Of a stretch of DNA of 50,461 bases, positions 8,635-18,383 are shown piece by piece. This DNA is from Pyrinomonadaceae bacterium (GTDB taxonomy: Bacteria > Acidobacteriota > Blastocatellia > Pyrinomonadales > Pyrinomonadaceae). Where the stretch lies: positions 1 to 50,461 of the forward strand of contig DATCVD010000807.1 of the NCBI GenBank assembly GCA_036567125.1, in the 5' to 3' direction. Both the position numbers and the translations under genes were made by a program. Positions within the stretch are counted from its first letter, which is position 1. The number at the start of each line of letters is the position of its first letter. The notes beneath the pieces were generated by a model. The model saw nothing but the letters and a program-made list of their open reading frames with translations. It was not told where the DNA came from and did not search any database.

Positions 8635-10272
8635 CTAGAAGCCCAGCTTGCCGACGCCCGCGCCGGCGATGACGATTGACTTCACGTCCGCCGGGTTGTC
8701 GAGCCTGTAGCTGTAGTAGGCGCTCGGCTCGGACACGGAGCCTGCGGTCTGCGGCGCGCCCGAGTTGACGAACACGTTGTTGCGCGCGACCAGACGGCCC
8801 GGATCGCTTGAGCCCGTCTGCGTCACGGTCGGGTTCGCGACGTTCTCAAAGTAGTTGCCCTCGACGAGCACCCCCGCGTTCATCGTCGAGGCGACGCCGT
8901 AGCCGCTGTTGCCGATGTAGTAGTTGTTGAAGACGTGGACGGGTTCGGCGAAGCGCACGCGCGGGTTGCGCTGCACCGAGCCGTCGAACCAGTTGTGGTG
9001 GTAGGTCACGCGCAGGTGGCCCACGTCCTGCGCGGCGTTGCCGTCGTCGTGGCCGACCAGCATCGTCTTGTCGTGGTTGTGGAAGTGGTTCCAGGAGACG
9101 GTGACGAAGTCCGACCCGCGCTTGATGTCGAGCAAGCCGTCGAAGCCGAACGACAGGTCGCAGTGATCGATCCAGACGTGGTGGACGCCCTCCTGCAAGG
9201 TGATCGAGTCGTCGGCGGCGTTGATGAACCGCATGTTGCGGATGATGATGTTCTTCACCCCGTTGGTCATGTTGATGCCGCCGCCGCTGATCCCTGAGTT
9301 GGAGCCGAGTCCGATGATCGTCTTGTCGGACGCTACCTTGTGCATCGCCGACGGCACGACGATCATGCCGTCCACCTGCACGACGTACGGCCCCGCGCGG
9401 AAGATGTAGTCGAGGAACTCGGCCGCCGTCCTCACCGTCACGACGGGGCCGCCCGCGCCGCCCGTCGTCCCGTTCTGGCCGAGCGCGTTGACTGATGCGT
9501 AGCCGATCGGCCCCTCGCCGGGATCGGGCGTGGGGGTCGGATCGGGCGTCGGCGTCGGATCGGGTGTCGGCGTGGGCGTGGGATTCGGGGTCGGGGCCGG
9601 CGTTGGTGTCGGCGTCGGAGTCGGCGTGGGAGGCGGTGCGTTGAGTGCCGTGACGACGAAGTCGTCGAACTCGGCGGTCGCGTTGAAGGTCGCGCCGCCC
9701 ACGTTGCCCGAGGCGAACTGCGTGTCGGTCGCGGAGAGTTGTAGTGACCCGTCAACGTAGGCGTTCAGGGAGCTGCCGGCAGCCTCGATCCGCAGCGTGT
9801 ACCAAGTGCCGGTCGTGACCGTGAAGGCTTTCGAGGCGAGGGTCGTCGAAGAGCCGGAGACGAGCTTCTTCAGTTCGAGCCGGTTGCTGCTGCGCAGCGT
9901 CAGGTAGTAGTAACTGGTGTTGCTCTGCGCGCGCGCCAGCAGCGCCACGAAACGGTCGGTGCCGTTGAACGAGAGCGGCTTGACGCGCGCCTGCACGGCG
10001 TAGTTAGACCACGCGGACGATCCGGCGCGCGAGCGCGCGTCGCTGCTCGTGGACGACTGCTTGTAAACGCGCGAGCCGTCTGTGACGACCGACCACGTCC
10101 CGCCAGATTTCGTCCAGCCCTTCGCGTCGCCGTCCTCGAAGTCGTCGGCGAAGAGCGTCTGCGTCTGCGCCGACGCGGCGAGACCCCAGGCGAGAGCCGC
10201 GACAGTGCCGGCCAGGATTAAAGCGCAGGCCGCCGGAAAACTCTTTCTTCCTCGAAACCATGTGATCCGCAT
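8635..10272 (-). CDS. Secreted pectate lyase, PL1 family, with an N-terminal jelly-roll (LamG/DUF1080-like) module and a Pro-Thr linker
   Basis: Catalytic region motifs: [41 protein letters not shown]. Start placed at the ATG at 10272 ([22 protein letters not shown].. signal peptide, GGGAGGGG upstream) rather than the track start 10395. The PT linker [33 protein letters not shown] is encoded by repetitive DNA at about 9521-9634. Confidence 0.9.
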   Translation of the reverse strand: MRITWFRGRKSFPAACALILAGTVAALAWGLAASAQTQTLFADDFEDGDAKGWTKSGGTWSVVTDGSRVYKQSSTSSDARSRAGSSAWSNYAVQARVKPLSFNGTDRFVALLARAQSNTSYYYLTLRSSNRLELKKLVSGSSTTLASKAFTVTTGTWYTLRIEAAGSSLNAYVDGSLQLSATDTQFASGNVGGATFNATAEFDDFVVTALNAPPPTPTPTPTPTPAPTPNPTPTPTPDPTPTPDPTPTPDPGEGPIGYASVNALGQNGTTGGAGGPVVTVRTAAEFLDYIFRAGPYVVQVDGMIVVPSAMHKVASDKTIIGLGSNSGISGGGINMTNGVKNIIIRNMRFINAADDSITLQEGVHHVWIDHCDLSFGFDGLLDIKRGSDFVTVSWNHFHNHDKTMLVGHDDGNAAQDVGHLRVTYHHNWFDGSVQRNPRVRFAEPVHVFNNYYIGNSGYGVASTMNAGVLVEGNYFENVANPTVTQTGSSDPGRLVARNNVFVNSGAPQTAGSVSEPSAYYSYRLDNPADVKSIVIAGAGVGKLGF

Positions 10273-10490
10273 GTGCCCCTCCCGTAGGTGTGACGTTAAC
10301 CGACACGGCTTCCCAGCTTCGGTCAGCGTGGAAGTCACGCGAGCGACGGCCTGCACTCCAGAAGTGCCGGCCGCGATGATTCCGCGGGGATTCAACGACT
10401 TTTACGGACTATAATTTCGGCCTCAATCTCGCCCTTTTGACGAAGAGGAGAAATCGGCTAAGGACAGAACACAGGGAGCGTAGAATTAGA

Positions 10491-10503
10491 TTGGTTTAAC
10501 CAA
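10491..10503. promoter_or_regulatory. Candidate GntR-type operator upstream of the PL1 gene
   Basis: Perfect palindrome TTGGTT-T-AACCAA in the AT-rich 10273-10750 spacer. Weaker sites: AGGTATAACCA at 10701-10711 and half-site TAACCAAT at 10674-10681. Confidence 0.45.
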
Positions 10504-10750
10504 ATATCGATTAAAAACCGACGAAATGGCCCGGCGAGGAAGCGAGCGGCCTGAAGTTGACGACCGGTCCAAAAGACAGATTTCTTAATTCAAAGCTGCG
10601 GACAAGAAAATGTAAGGGGTTTGGGGGGTCTTCTTATGCCACAAGAAGTCTTGTGCGTCAAGAGAATTTTTCTTAACCAATAAACGGACTTGGCTTAAAA
10701 AGGTATAACCAAGATTCTGCCGTTTAGTCGAAATACTTCGGCGCCTCAGG

Positions 10751-11788
10751 CTAGCGTTTCACCTTCTTCGGGTCCCAACCGTCCGCGCCGCCAAGAACCT
10801 TTCGCGGCGTCAAAGCTCGCGCCTCAGCTCTCGTCAGCCGCCGCGCCCACGCGACGCGACCGCGCGCGGCCGCGCCCGGCCCACGGCTGTTGTACTCACT
10901 GTAGCGGGCGGTGCGCTCGCGCGCCGGAAGGTTCCAGTTGTGCCAGCCTTCGGGGCGAACGGCCGCCGGCATCTCCGTGTTGAGGAAGACGACCGCGGAG
11001 TGATCGCGCCACGGGCGGCCGAGGTAGGTTCTCACCTGCGCGGACTCGGCCGTGATGCGGCAGTTGGAGAAGACGAAGCCGTAAGGCTGATCGTGCGGGG
11101 TCGAGGCGGCGGTGACATAGCCGTCGCGAAGGACGTGGATGTGGCAACGCTCGAAGAAGGCCACGGCCGCGCCGAAGATGAAGTCAACGTGGCCGGCGAT
11201 GTAACAGTCCTCGAAGTAGTGGCGACCGCGATTCAGAAGGATGGTGTCCTGCCAGCCGAGGAAGCGGCAGTTGCGGAAGACCGCGCGGTCGCCGTCCACG
11301 CGGATGGCGAGCGCCTGCCCGACGGGGCCGGCCGAGTTCTCGAAGGTGACGTTCTCGGCGAGGAAGTCGTCGGCGTCGATGGTCGTTGATGGCGTGCGGA
11401 ACGTGCCGATGGGCTTGCCGTCAGTCCCTTTGACGTTGGCGTGCAGGTCGAAGGTCAGGATGGTCTTCTCGGCGTCCTCGCCGACGAGCCGGAAGAAGCG
11501 CTTCTCGCGCTGCACGTAGATCAACTCCTTATACCTGCCCGGCTTGATGCGGATGATGACGGGACTCTCACGCGTGCCCGCGGGCACGGCCATGATCGCC
11601 TCCTGCACGGTGCGGTACTTCGCGCTGCCGTCCTGCGCGACTGTGAGTTCGGTCGCCGCGGCCCGCGCCTCCGCCGCGACAAAGAGCAGGTGTGCGAGGC
11701 ACAGAAGCGCGAGCAACCCCGCGCCGCGTGGAGACGGCACGAGACGCGACAAAAACCTTATTGATCTACAGACTGTTAGCGTCGTCAT
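10751..11788 (-). CDS. Pectinesterase (CE8), secreted
   Basis: GSAKYRTVQEAI, GQALAIRVDGDRAVF, GWQDTILL, GHVDFIFG and YLGRPW are the canonical CE8 motifs. Signal peptide present. Confidence 0.92.
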   Translation of the reverse strand: MTTLTVCRSIRFLSRLVPSPRGAGLLALLCLAHLLFVAAEARAAATELTVAQDGSAKYRTVQEAIMAVPAGTRESPVIIRIKPGRYKELIYVQREKRFFRLVGEDAEKTILTFDLHANVKGTDGKPIGTFRTPSTTIDADDFLAENVTFENSAGPVGQALAIRVDGDRAVFRNCRFLGWQDTILLNRGRHYFEDCYIAGHVDFIFGAAVAFFERCHIHVLRDGYVTAASTPHDQPYGFVFSNCRITAESAQVRTYLGRPWRDHSAVVFLNTEMPAAVRPEGWHNWNLPARERTARYSEYNSRGPGAAARGRVAWARRLTRAEARALTPRKVLGGADGWDPKKVKR

Positions 11789-11815
11789 GCTCTTTTCACC
11801 TGCGCGCAGCCGGGA

Positions 11816-13290
11816 TCATTTCGGCGGCGCGGACTGCGGCGAGTTGATGCTGCGCCCGCGCTTGAGCGGCTCGACCGTGACGTTCTCGAACGAGACCGCT
11901 GCGGCGTGGTTCATCACCTCCGGGGCTTCGAGGCCGCGGAAGGTGCAGTTGCGGAAGCGCACGCCCTCAATCGTCACGCCGGGGAAGCCGACGATCCACA
12001 TGACGCGCGGGCTGGCCGTGCTGGTCACGTTCTCGATGACGACGTTGCGCACGACCGGCTTGTGCGGCCCCCGGTCGCCGGTGTCGTAGAGGAGGTCGAT
12101 GGTCAGCACGGCCTCGGCGACGCGGCCCACGCGGACGTTGCGCATGAAGACGTTTTCGAGCACCCCGCCGCGCAGCGCGTTCGATTTGAAGCGGAGGGCG
12201 CGGTCTAGGTTCGGGCTGTCCATCTCGCAGTCCTCGACGAAGACGTTGCGGACGCCGCCCGATATCTCGCTGCCGATGACGACGCCGCCGTGGCCGTCGC
12301 GCATCTTCGAGTTGCGGACGATGATGTTCTCGGACGGGACGCCCACGCGCCGGCCGTCGTCGTCGCGCCCCGACTTGATGGCGATGCAGTCGTCGCCCGT
12401 GTCGAAGATGGAGTCTTCGATGAGCACGTCGCGGGAGGACTCGGGATCGACGCCGTCGTTGTTCGGCCCGTGGGTGACGATTTCGACGCCGCGCACAGTG
12501 ACGTTCTGCGAGAGCACGGGGTGAATCTCCCAGAAGGGCGAGTTGATGATCTTCACCCCCTCGATGAGAATGTTTTTGCTTCGGTAGGGCTGGATGAACG
12601 GCGGGCGCAGGTAGTGGCCCGCGCCGAAGACGCGCCGCGAGACGGGAACATTCGTGTTGCCCATCTCGCGCAGGCGACGCATGTCCGCGCGGGCCGGGGC
12701 GCTTGCCCCGCCCCGCGCCCACTTCCACCAGTTGTCGTCGGAGGCCGAACCGTCGAGCGTCCCTTTCCCGGTAATCGCAATGTCCTGCTGCTCGAAGGCG
12801 TAGATGAGGGGCGAATAGTTCATCAACTCCGTGCCCTCCCAGCGTGTGAAGACTACGGGCAGGTATTTAGCCGGGTCGGTGCTGAACACGAGCGTCGCGC
12901 CTTCGGAGACGTGTAGGTTGACGTTGCTCTTGAGATGAATCGCGCCGGTGTGGAACGTGCCGCCGGGACGACGACGCGGCCGCCGCCCGCGCGATTGCAC
13001 GCCTCCACCGCCTCGCGGATCGCCTCGGTGCTGTCCGGGCCTCCGGCCCGCGCGCCGAAGTCGGTGATGTTAAAGTCGCGCGCGGGAAATACGGGCGGCC
13101 GGATGCGCGCGAGGATCGAGGGTACGGTGTGCCAACCGACTGCGGCGCGCGCCGCGCCGCGAGCGCGCCGCTGTTGTGACCCGGTCGTGCCGCGGGTGAC
13201 GTTCGGCTGAGAGGCAGGGAGCGCCCCGAACAGGATGAGCAGAATTATTAAGCCGCGACTCGCGCGGCGCGCAGACGATCTCATATTCAT
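11816..13290 (-). pseudogene. GH28 polygalacturonase interrupted by a 1-nt frameshift (true pseudogene or sequencing error)
   Basis: ORFs 12853..13407 and 11816..13000 together align end to end with the intact paralogue 34389..35837. Frame A ends ..EACNRAGGGRVVVP then nonsense. Frame B resumes GGTFHTGAIHLKSNVNLHVSEGATL. The DNA reads CCGGCGGCACG where CCGGGCGGCACG would keep the frame (12958-12970). Start taken at the ATG at 13290 (MNMRSSARRASRGLIILLILFG). Confidence 0.7.
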
Positions 13291-13307
13291 GCCTTGGCCC
13301 TTCCGTT

Positions 13308-14972
13308 CTATGGCTTCTCGAACCTGAACCAGTCCACGTCCGCGTAGCCGGTCTCGCGCGTCCCGCCCGTGCGGACGGCGAAGAGGCCGACCTTCGCGCC
13401 GATCCACTTGCCCTTGCGTGCGGTGAACTTCGGGCCGACAGGCGTGAATGTCTTCCCGTCCGCGCTGAAGCTGAAGTCGCAGGCCGCGCCGTCCGTCACC
13501 TTAACGCGCAGGTACAAAGTGTTTCCGCCGATTGGCCGCGGCTGACTCTGCGTGCCCCTCGATCCGCCTTCCGCGTCCTTCACGACTGTCTGAGAGACGA
13601 AGAGACCTTCGGGCAGCTTCCTGACAGAGACGTAGGCGTAGTCGAGGCCCATCACGATGAGGCCCGTCTCCTCGCCGTCCGTGCGCGGCGTGAAGGTCAC
13701 TTTGGTCGTCGCGGTGAACTCCGGCGCGGGGAATTTTTGTAAGAGCAGGTTCGGCACGTCCCAGAAATTCTTATGACCTTCGGGGAGCGGCACGTTGAAA
13801 AGGCGCAGGAAGCCGAGAGCGGGCGCGGGGAAGGCCCAGTGCGTGCCGGGGTTGGCGTGCCACTGCCACTGGAGGCCGAGCCGCGGCGCGTCGAACTCGT
13901 CAGAGTCGGGCGGCGTAATGACGGGCCACGAGGCACGCCCGACGTTCGGCTTCCTGAAAGTCAACACCGGCTCGCCCGTGCCGTCGCCGTCCGCGTCCGC
14001 GCCCATCACGGGCCAGTCGTTCGCCCAGCGAACGGGCTGGAGGTGCACGACGCGGCCATAAGCGCCCTTATCCTGAAAGTGTACGAACCACGACTCTCCC
14101 GTCTGCGTCTCGACCCACGCGCCTTGGTGCGGCCCGTTGATCGCGGTACGCCCTTGCGCGAGCACGATCCTCGCTTCGTACGGGCCGTAGACGTTCCTTG
14201 AGCGCAGCGCCAGTTGCCAGCCCTGCTCGACGCCTCCGGCCGGCGCGAAGATGTAGTAGTAGTCGCCGCGCTTGTAGAACTTCGGGCCTTCGAGCGTCGG
14301 GTGCTTGTCGTGGCCGTCGAAGACGATCACGCCGTCGTCGAGCAGCCGCGTGCCGTCGGCGCTCATGCGGCTCACTACGAGGACGCTCTTGACGCCTGAG
14401 CGGCTCGCGGCCATCGCGCTCACGAGGTAGGCGCTACCGTCCTCGTCCCACAGCGGGCAGGGATCGATCCAGCCCTTCGCCTCTTTGACGAGCACGGGTT
14501 CAGACCACGGCCCCGCGGGGTGCTTGGCCTTCGTCAGGTAGATGCCGAAGTCCGGATCGGGGTAGTAGATGTAGAACTCGCCGTTGTGGTGGCGGATCGA
14601 GGGGGCCCAGACGCCGTTGCCGTGTTGCGGGCGGCCGTAAACGTCGAGGGGCCGCTGGCGCGCGAAGACGTGAGTGACGAGACGCCAGTTGACGAGGTCT
14701 TTGGAGTGGAGGACGGGGAGGCCCGGCGCGGCGTTGAAACTCGACGCCGTCATGTAGAAATCGTCGCCCACGCGGACGGCGTCCGGGTCGGAGTAGTCGG
14801 CGTGGAGGATCGGATTTCTGTACGTGCCGTCGCCGTTGTCGGCCACCCAGACTTCGGAGACGGGGCCGGCGGAATTTACCGGGGACGGTGTTTGCGCGGG
14901 GGAGTGGGAGGGGAGGCAGACCAGTGTCAGGATGATGGCGGCTCTTAGCGATGCGAGGCTGCTGCGCTTCAT
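13308..14972 (-). CDS. GH43 family glycoside hydrolase (beta-xylosidase / alpha-L-arabinofuranosidase type) with a C-terminal beta-sandwich domain
   Basis: YRNPILHADYSDPDAVRVGDDFYM, GVWAPSIRHHNGEFYIYY, WIDPCPLWDEDG and LEGPKFYKRGDYYYIF match the GH43 five-bladed propeller. Start chosen at the ATG at 14972 (MKRSSLASLRAAIILTLV.. signal peptide). The GTG at 15005, overlapping the kduD stop, is the alternative. Confidence 0.85.
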   Translation of the reverse strand: MKRSSLASLRAAIILTLVCLPSHSPAQTPSPVNSAGPVSEVWVADNGDGTYRNPILHADYSDPDAVRVGDDFYMTASSFNAAPGLPVLHSKDLVNWRLVTHVFARQRPLDVYGRPQHGNGVWAPSIRHHNGEFYIYYPDPDFGIYLTKAKHPAGPWSEPVLVKEAKGWIDPCPLWDEDGSAYLVSAMAASRSGVKSVLVVSRMSADGTRLLDDGVIVFDGHDKHPTLEGPKFYKRGDYYYIFAPAGGVEQGWQLALRSRNVYGPYEARIVLAQGRTAINGPHQGAWVETQTGESWFVHFQDKGAYGRVVHLQPVRWANDWPVMGADADGDGTGEPVLTFRKPNVGRASWPVITPPDSDEFDAPRLGLQWQWHANPGTHWAFPAPALGFLRLFNVPLPEGHKNFWDVPNLLLQKFPAPEFTATTKVTFTPRTDGEETGLIVMGLDYAYVSVRKLPEGLFVSQTVVKDAEGGSRGTQSQPRPIGGNTLYLRVKVTDGAACDFSFSADGKTFTPVGPKFTARKGKWIGAKVGLFAVRTGGTRETGYADVDWFRFEKP

Positions 14973-15001
14973 CGGTCGCGTGTGTCTCGGCGGTCGCGCG
15001 C

Positions 15002-15763
15002 TCACCTGCCCAGCCAGCCGCCGTCGACGACGAGCACGTGCCCGTTGACGTAGTCGCTCGCCGGCGAGGCGAGGAAGACGGCCGCGCCGGCCAAATCATC
15101 CGGCTCGCCCCAGCGTCCGGCCGGGATGCGTTCGAGTATCTGCCGGCTGCGCGTCTCGTCCGCGCGAAGTACGGCCGTGTTGTCGGTGCTCATGTAGCCG
15201 GGCGCGATGGCGTTGACGTTGACACCCTTCGCCGCCCATTCGTTGGCGAGCGCCTTGGTCAGCTGCGCGACGCCGCCCTTCGACGCGGCGTAGGCCGGGA
15301 CGTTGATGCCCCCCTGGAACGAGAGCAGCGACGCGACGTTGACGATCTTCCCTCGCCCGCGTTCGATCATGTGCCGGCCCGCGAGCTGCGACAGGCGGAA
15401 GACTGACGACAGGTTGACCTCGACGACGGCGTCCCAATCTTCTTCGGAATACTCGACCGCCGCCGAGCGGCGGATCGTGCCCGCGTTGTTGACGAGGATG
15501 TCCAGGCGGCCGAACTCTTCGAGCGTCCGCCCGACGATCTCGCGCGGCGTCTCCTTGTCCGCGAGATCGCCCGCGACCGGCAGCGACCGGCGGCCCGCCC
15601 GCCCGACGCGCTCGCAGGTCGAATCGGGCGAGCGCGAGTTGCCGTGGCACGCCACGTCCGCGCCGGCCTCCGCGAGCGCAACGGCGACGGCCGCCCCCAG
15701 CCCCGCAGAAGCCCCCGTCACGAGTGCCACGCGGCCGTCGAGCCTGAACTTATCGAGAATCAT
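15002..15763 (-). CDS. kduD: 2-dehydro-3-deoxy-D-gluconate 5-dehydrogenase (SDR)
   Basis: Matches remembered E. coli KduD along its full length: MILDKFRLDGRVALVTG.., NVASLLSFQGGINVPAYAASKGGV, NAIAPGYMSTDNT, IPAGRWGEPDDL, DYVNGHVLVVDGGWLGR. Confidence 0.9.
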   Translation of the reverse strand: MILDKFRLDGRVALVTGASAGLGAAVAVALAEAGADVACHGNSRSPDSTCERVGRAGRRSLPVAGDLADKETPREIVGRTLEEFGRLDILVNNAGTIRRSAAVEYSEEDWDAVVEVNLSSVFRLSQLAGRHMIERGRGKIVNVASLLSFQGGINVPAYAASKGGVAQLTKALANEWAAKGVNVNAIAPGYMSTDNTAVLRADETRSRQILERIPAGRWGEPDDLAGAAVFLASPASDYVNGHVLVVDGGWLGR

Positions 15764-15770
15764 GTGAATT

Positions 15771-15857
15771 GAAGCTGTTAGCTGTTAGCCAGACAGGATC
15801 GGCTTTCAGCTTTCGCGTGAGTTTTGGTTTTTGGTTTTGCTAACAGCTAACAGCTTC
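15771..15857. repeat. Heptamer-hairpin intergenic repeat, copy 1
   Basis: Perfect 19-bp inverted repeat GAAGCTGTTAGCTGTTAGC (15771-15789) / GCTAACAGCTAACAGCTTC (15839-15857). The 49-nt spacer contains TTTTGGTTTTTGGTTTT. It fills the 96-nt kduI-kduD spacer. Confidence 0.9.
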
Positions 15858-15859
15858 CC

Positions 15860-16699
15860 TCAGTCTTTCACCGCTTCGAGGCCGGAGCCGCCCGCGGCGA
15901 AATCGGGCTGCACGTTGACGACGCCGTACTTGCGATCCTCGCCCTCGCGCATGGCCGCCATCATCCACATGAAGTTGATCTGCCCGCCGGGCGCGGAGAC
16001 GTTAGGGTGATAGCCTTTAGGCATCAGCACCACGTCGCCCTCGCGCACGACCTGCACCAGCTCCGGGTCTTCCGGGTTCGTGTAGACGAACTGCACGCCG
16101 AACGACGGCGCGGGCATGTCGATGTAAAGGTAAGCCTCTTCGAGCATCCGCGAGTGCTCGTGCGGCGGCCACGATGTCCAGTTGCCGGGGCGCGAGAAGG
16201 TGACGCCGGTCATGATGCGCCCGGCCTTGACGTTGCTGCCGATGAGCACGTTCATGTCGCGCTCGGCCGGGGGCGCGCCCGCAATGATGTGCAGCTTCGG
16301 GTTCTCTCTCACCTCCGCGAACGAGACGAACTGGATGGGATAGCGCCCCTCGACCGGCGCTGACAGCTCCGCTAGATCGCAACCGTCCTCCGCCGCCGGG
16401 CGGACTTCGATCCGCGAGTCGCGCGGGACGTAGAGCGCGTCGTAGCGGCCGAGTTTGAAGGTCTCCCCGCCGGTCGCGATTTCGGCCGCGCCCTTCAGGC
16501 AGACGAGGCCCGTCTCGTGCGTGCCGTTCTCGAACGCCAACGCGTCGTCGCCCGCTCCGAGCGTGACGCGCCCGTAGTGGAGGTAGCGCGCGGCCGTCCG
16601 GCCCGGCGCGACGGCCGTCCGCCGACCGCGCCCTTTGTGCGTGGCCGGCACGTAACAGGTCTCTTTCGTGATCTCTTGCTGCTTCTGCTCCGCCTGCAT
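15860..16699 (-). CDS. kduI: KduI/IolB-family sugar-acid ketol-isomerase (likely 5-keto-4-deoxyuronate isomerase by context)
   Basis: GNWTSWPPHEHSRMLEEAYLYI ... MPKGYHPNVSAPGGQINFMWMMA resembles the IolB-type branch of the KduI/IolB cupin family. It lies directly upstream of kduD. Confidence 0.75.
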   Translation of the reverse strand: MQAEQKQQEITKETCYVPATHKGRGRRTAVAPGRTAARYLHYGRVTLGAGDDALAFENGTHETGLVCLKGAAEIATGGETFKLGRYDALYVPRDSRIEVRPAAEDGCDLAELSAPVEGRYPIQFVSFAEVRENPKLHIIAGAPPAERDMNVLIGSNVKAGRIMTGVTFSRPGNWTSWPPHEHSRMLEEAYLYIDMPAPSFGVQFVYTNPEDPELVQVVREGDVVLMPKGYHPNVSAPGGQINFMWMMAAMREGEDRKYGVVNVQPDFAAGGSGLEAVKD

Positions 16700-16784
16700 G
16701 ATGCTCCCTCCCCCGTCAGTGTAGAACTCCTGCCAGTGTCCGGCCTCCGCCGCGATCCCTGCCGCGCGTTTCAGGACGCGAATG

Positions 16785-18254
16785 TCACGGCGCGAATGTC
16801 GAGGTCAGGAAGCCATCCACGGCGACCTCCATCGCGCCGCCGAGCCCGGCCCCTTTGGGTTCGCCCGGCTCGACCGACCAGCCTTCGAGCTTGCCGGCCA
16901 TCCCCTGCGACACCGCCTCGTTTAGCGGCCCGCTGATGAACTTCCACCCCTCGACTATGCGCCCGCTCACTATCACGCGCGGGACGCCGAGGCCGACGAT
17001 GACGTTCCCGATGCCGATGCCCAGATACTCTCCGAGGCGCTCCAAAGTCCTGCGCGCCCTGAGATCGCCCGCCTCCGCGCGCCCCACGATTTCGACGTAG
17101 CGTGGGGGCTTCTCGCTTCCCAATCTTACCCGTTCACCCGTGTAGAGCGGGCCTGCGGCCGAGGCCGCGGCGTAACGCTCCCAGCAGCCGCGGTTGCCGC
17201 AGGCGCAGGGTTTGCCGCCCGCCACGATGGTCATGTGGCCGAACTCCCCGGCGATGCCCTGCCCCTTGCCGACGCCCCTGTAAACCTCGCCGCCGAGAAC
17301 CAGCCCGACGCCGATCCCCGTGCCCGACCTGACGAGCACGAAGTTGTTGAGTTGCCGTCGGTCGTCCCCGCGCAGCCGCAGTCGGGCCTCGTAGAGCGCG
17401 GCCGCCGTGGCGTCGTTCTCGACGACGACCCGCACGCCGTCGAACGAGAGCGCGTCGGAGACGGGCACGTCATGCCAGCCCAGGTGCGGCGCGTAGAGCA
17501 GGCGGCCCCGGTCGGCGTCCGTGAACCCAGGCAGGCTCACGCCGATGGCGCGCAGCCTGCGCCCGCCGTGCTCTCCGAGAGAAAGTTTTTCGACTGACGC
17601 CCGCACGAGTCGTAGCGCCTCGGTCGGAGCGGGCGGGGTGTCGAACTCCTCCTCGCCTAAAACCTCGCCGCCTAAGTCGGCAACTCCGATCTGCGTGCGA
17701 CGGACGCCGATGCTCACGCCGACGAAGAGATCGCGGTCGCTGTTGAACCGCAGCCCCGCGGCCGGACGGCCCAGGTTGCGGCCCGCGCCGGGTCCCTGCT
17801 GGATCGAGTCTTCGAGCACGACGCCGGCCGCGACGAGCGGCTTGAAGATGTCGGTGACGGTGCTCCGGTTGAGACCGAGACGGCGCGCCAGATCGGCGCG
17901 CGAGATCGGCTGTGCGGCACGGAGCAACCTCAGAAGCGCGCGTGCCGCCCCGACGGAACTTCCGTGATCGCCCGAACCCTTGAGGGGGTGCGAAGTCGTG
18001 ACCAAGACGCCGTCCACGGCATCGCCCCGCGGGATGCCCGCCGGGGAGCGAGACGCGGCGGCCCCATCTCCGGGGATCAGGTTCTTCCTCGCGCTTACCT
18101 CGACCGTGTGCCCCTTAACGTAACCCAGCTCGGACGCGGCCCGCTCGACGCGCGCGCGCGTGGTGGGCGAAACCGGGCGCGCGTGGTTGATGGCGTTAGA
18201 GGCGGTCGCGACCGATACGCCCGCCAGTTCCGCGACATCTCTCAGCGTGGGCAT
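16785..18254 (-). CDS. ROK-family transcriptional regulator with an additional N-terminal LacI-type HTH
   Basis: aa 2-46 TLRDVAELAGVSVATASNAINHARPVSPTTRARVERAASELGYV looks like a LacI/PurR HTH. aa about 103-145 ARALLRLLRAAQPISRADLARRLGLNRSTVTDIFKPLVAAGVV is a ROK repressor winged helix. The ROK sugar-binding domain follows, with ENDATAAAL and the Zn motif GHM..CACGNRGCWE. Confidence 0.8.
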   Translation of the reverse strand: MPTLRDVAELAGVSVATASNAINHARPVSPTTRARVERAASELGYVKGHTVEVSARKNLIPGDGAAASRSPAGIPRGDAVDGVLVTTSHPLKGSGDHGSSVGAARALLRLLRAAQPISRADLARRLGLNRSTVTDIFKPLVAAGVVLEDSIQQGPGAGRNLGRPAAGLRFNSDRDLFVGVSIGVRRTQIGVADLGGEVLGEEEFDTPPAPTEALRLVRASVEKLSLGEHGGRRLRAIGVSLPGFTDADRGRLLYAPHLGWHDVPVSDALSFDGVRVVVENDATAAALYEARLRLRGDDRRQLNNFVLVRSGTGIGVGLVLGGEVYRGVGKGQGIAGEFGHMTIVAGGKPCACGNRGCWERYAAASAAGPLYTGERVRLGSEKPPRYVEIVGRAEAGDLRARRTLERLGEYLGIGIGNVIVGLGVPRVIVSGRIVEGWKFISGPLNEAVSQGMAGKLEGWSVEPGEPKGAGLGGAMEVAVDGFLTSTFAP

Positions 18255-18266
18255 GTCCGTAAAGAA

Positions 18267-18380
18267 GCGATTAGCTGTTAGCCGTTAGCCGTTAGCAAAA
18301 CCGAAAACCAAAAACGGAGTGGAAGCTAAAGCTGAAGCTGTTCTTCCGGCTAACAGCTAACAGCTAACATCGCTAACAGC
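18267..18380. repeat. Heptamer-hairpin intergenic repeat, copy 2 (inverted relative to copy 1)
   Basis: Arms GCGATTAGCTGTTAGCCGTTAGCCGTTAGC (18267-18296) and GCTAACAGCTAACAGCTAACATCGCTAACAGC (18349-18380), about 27 bp of pairing with 2-3 mismatches. The spacer contains AAAACCGAAAACCAAAAAC. It fills the uxaA-ROK spacer. Confidence 0.9.
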
Positions 18381-18383
18381 TAC

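Noticed and set aside
9521-9634. Tandem-repeat DNA (GGCGTCGGATCGGG-type periodicity).
   Set aside because: It is simply the coding sequence of the Pro-Thr(-Asp) interdomain linker of the PL1 pectate lyase on the minus strand. It is not an independent repeat element.
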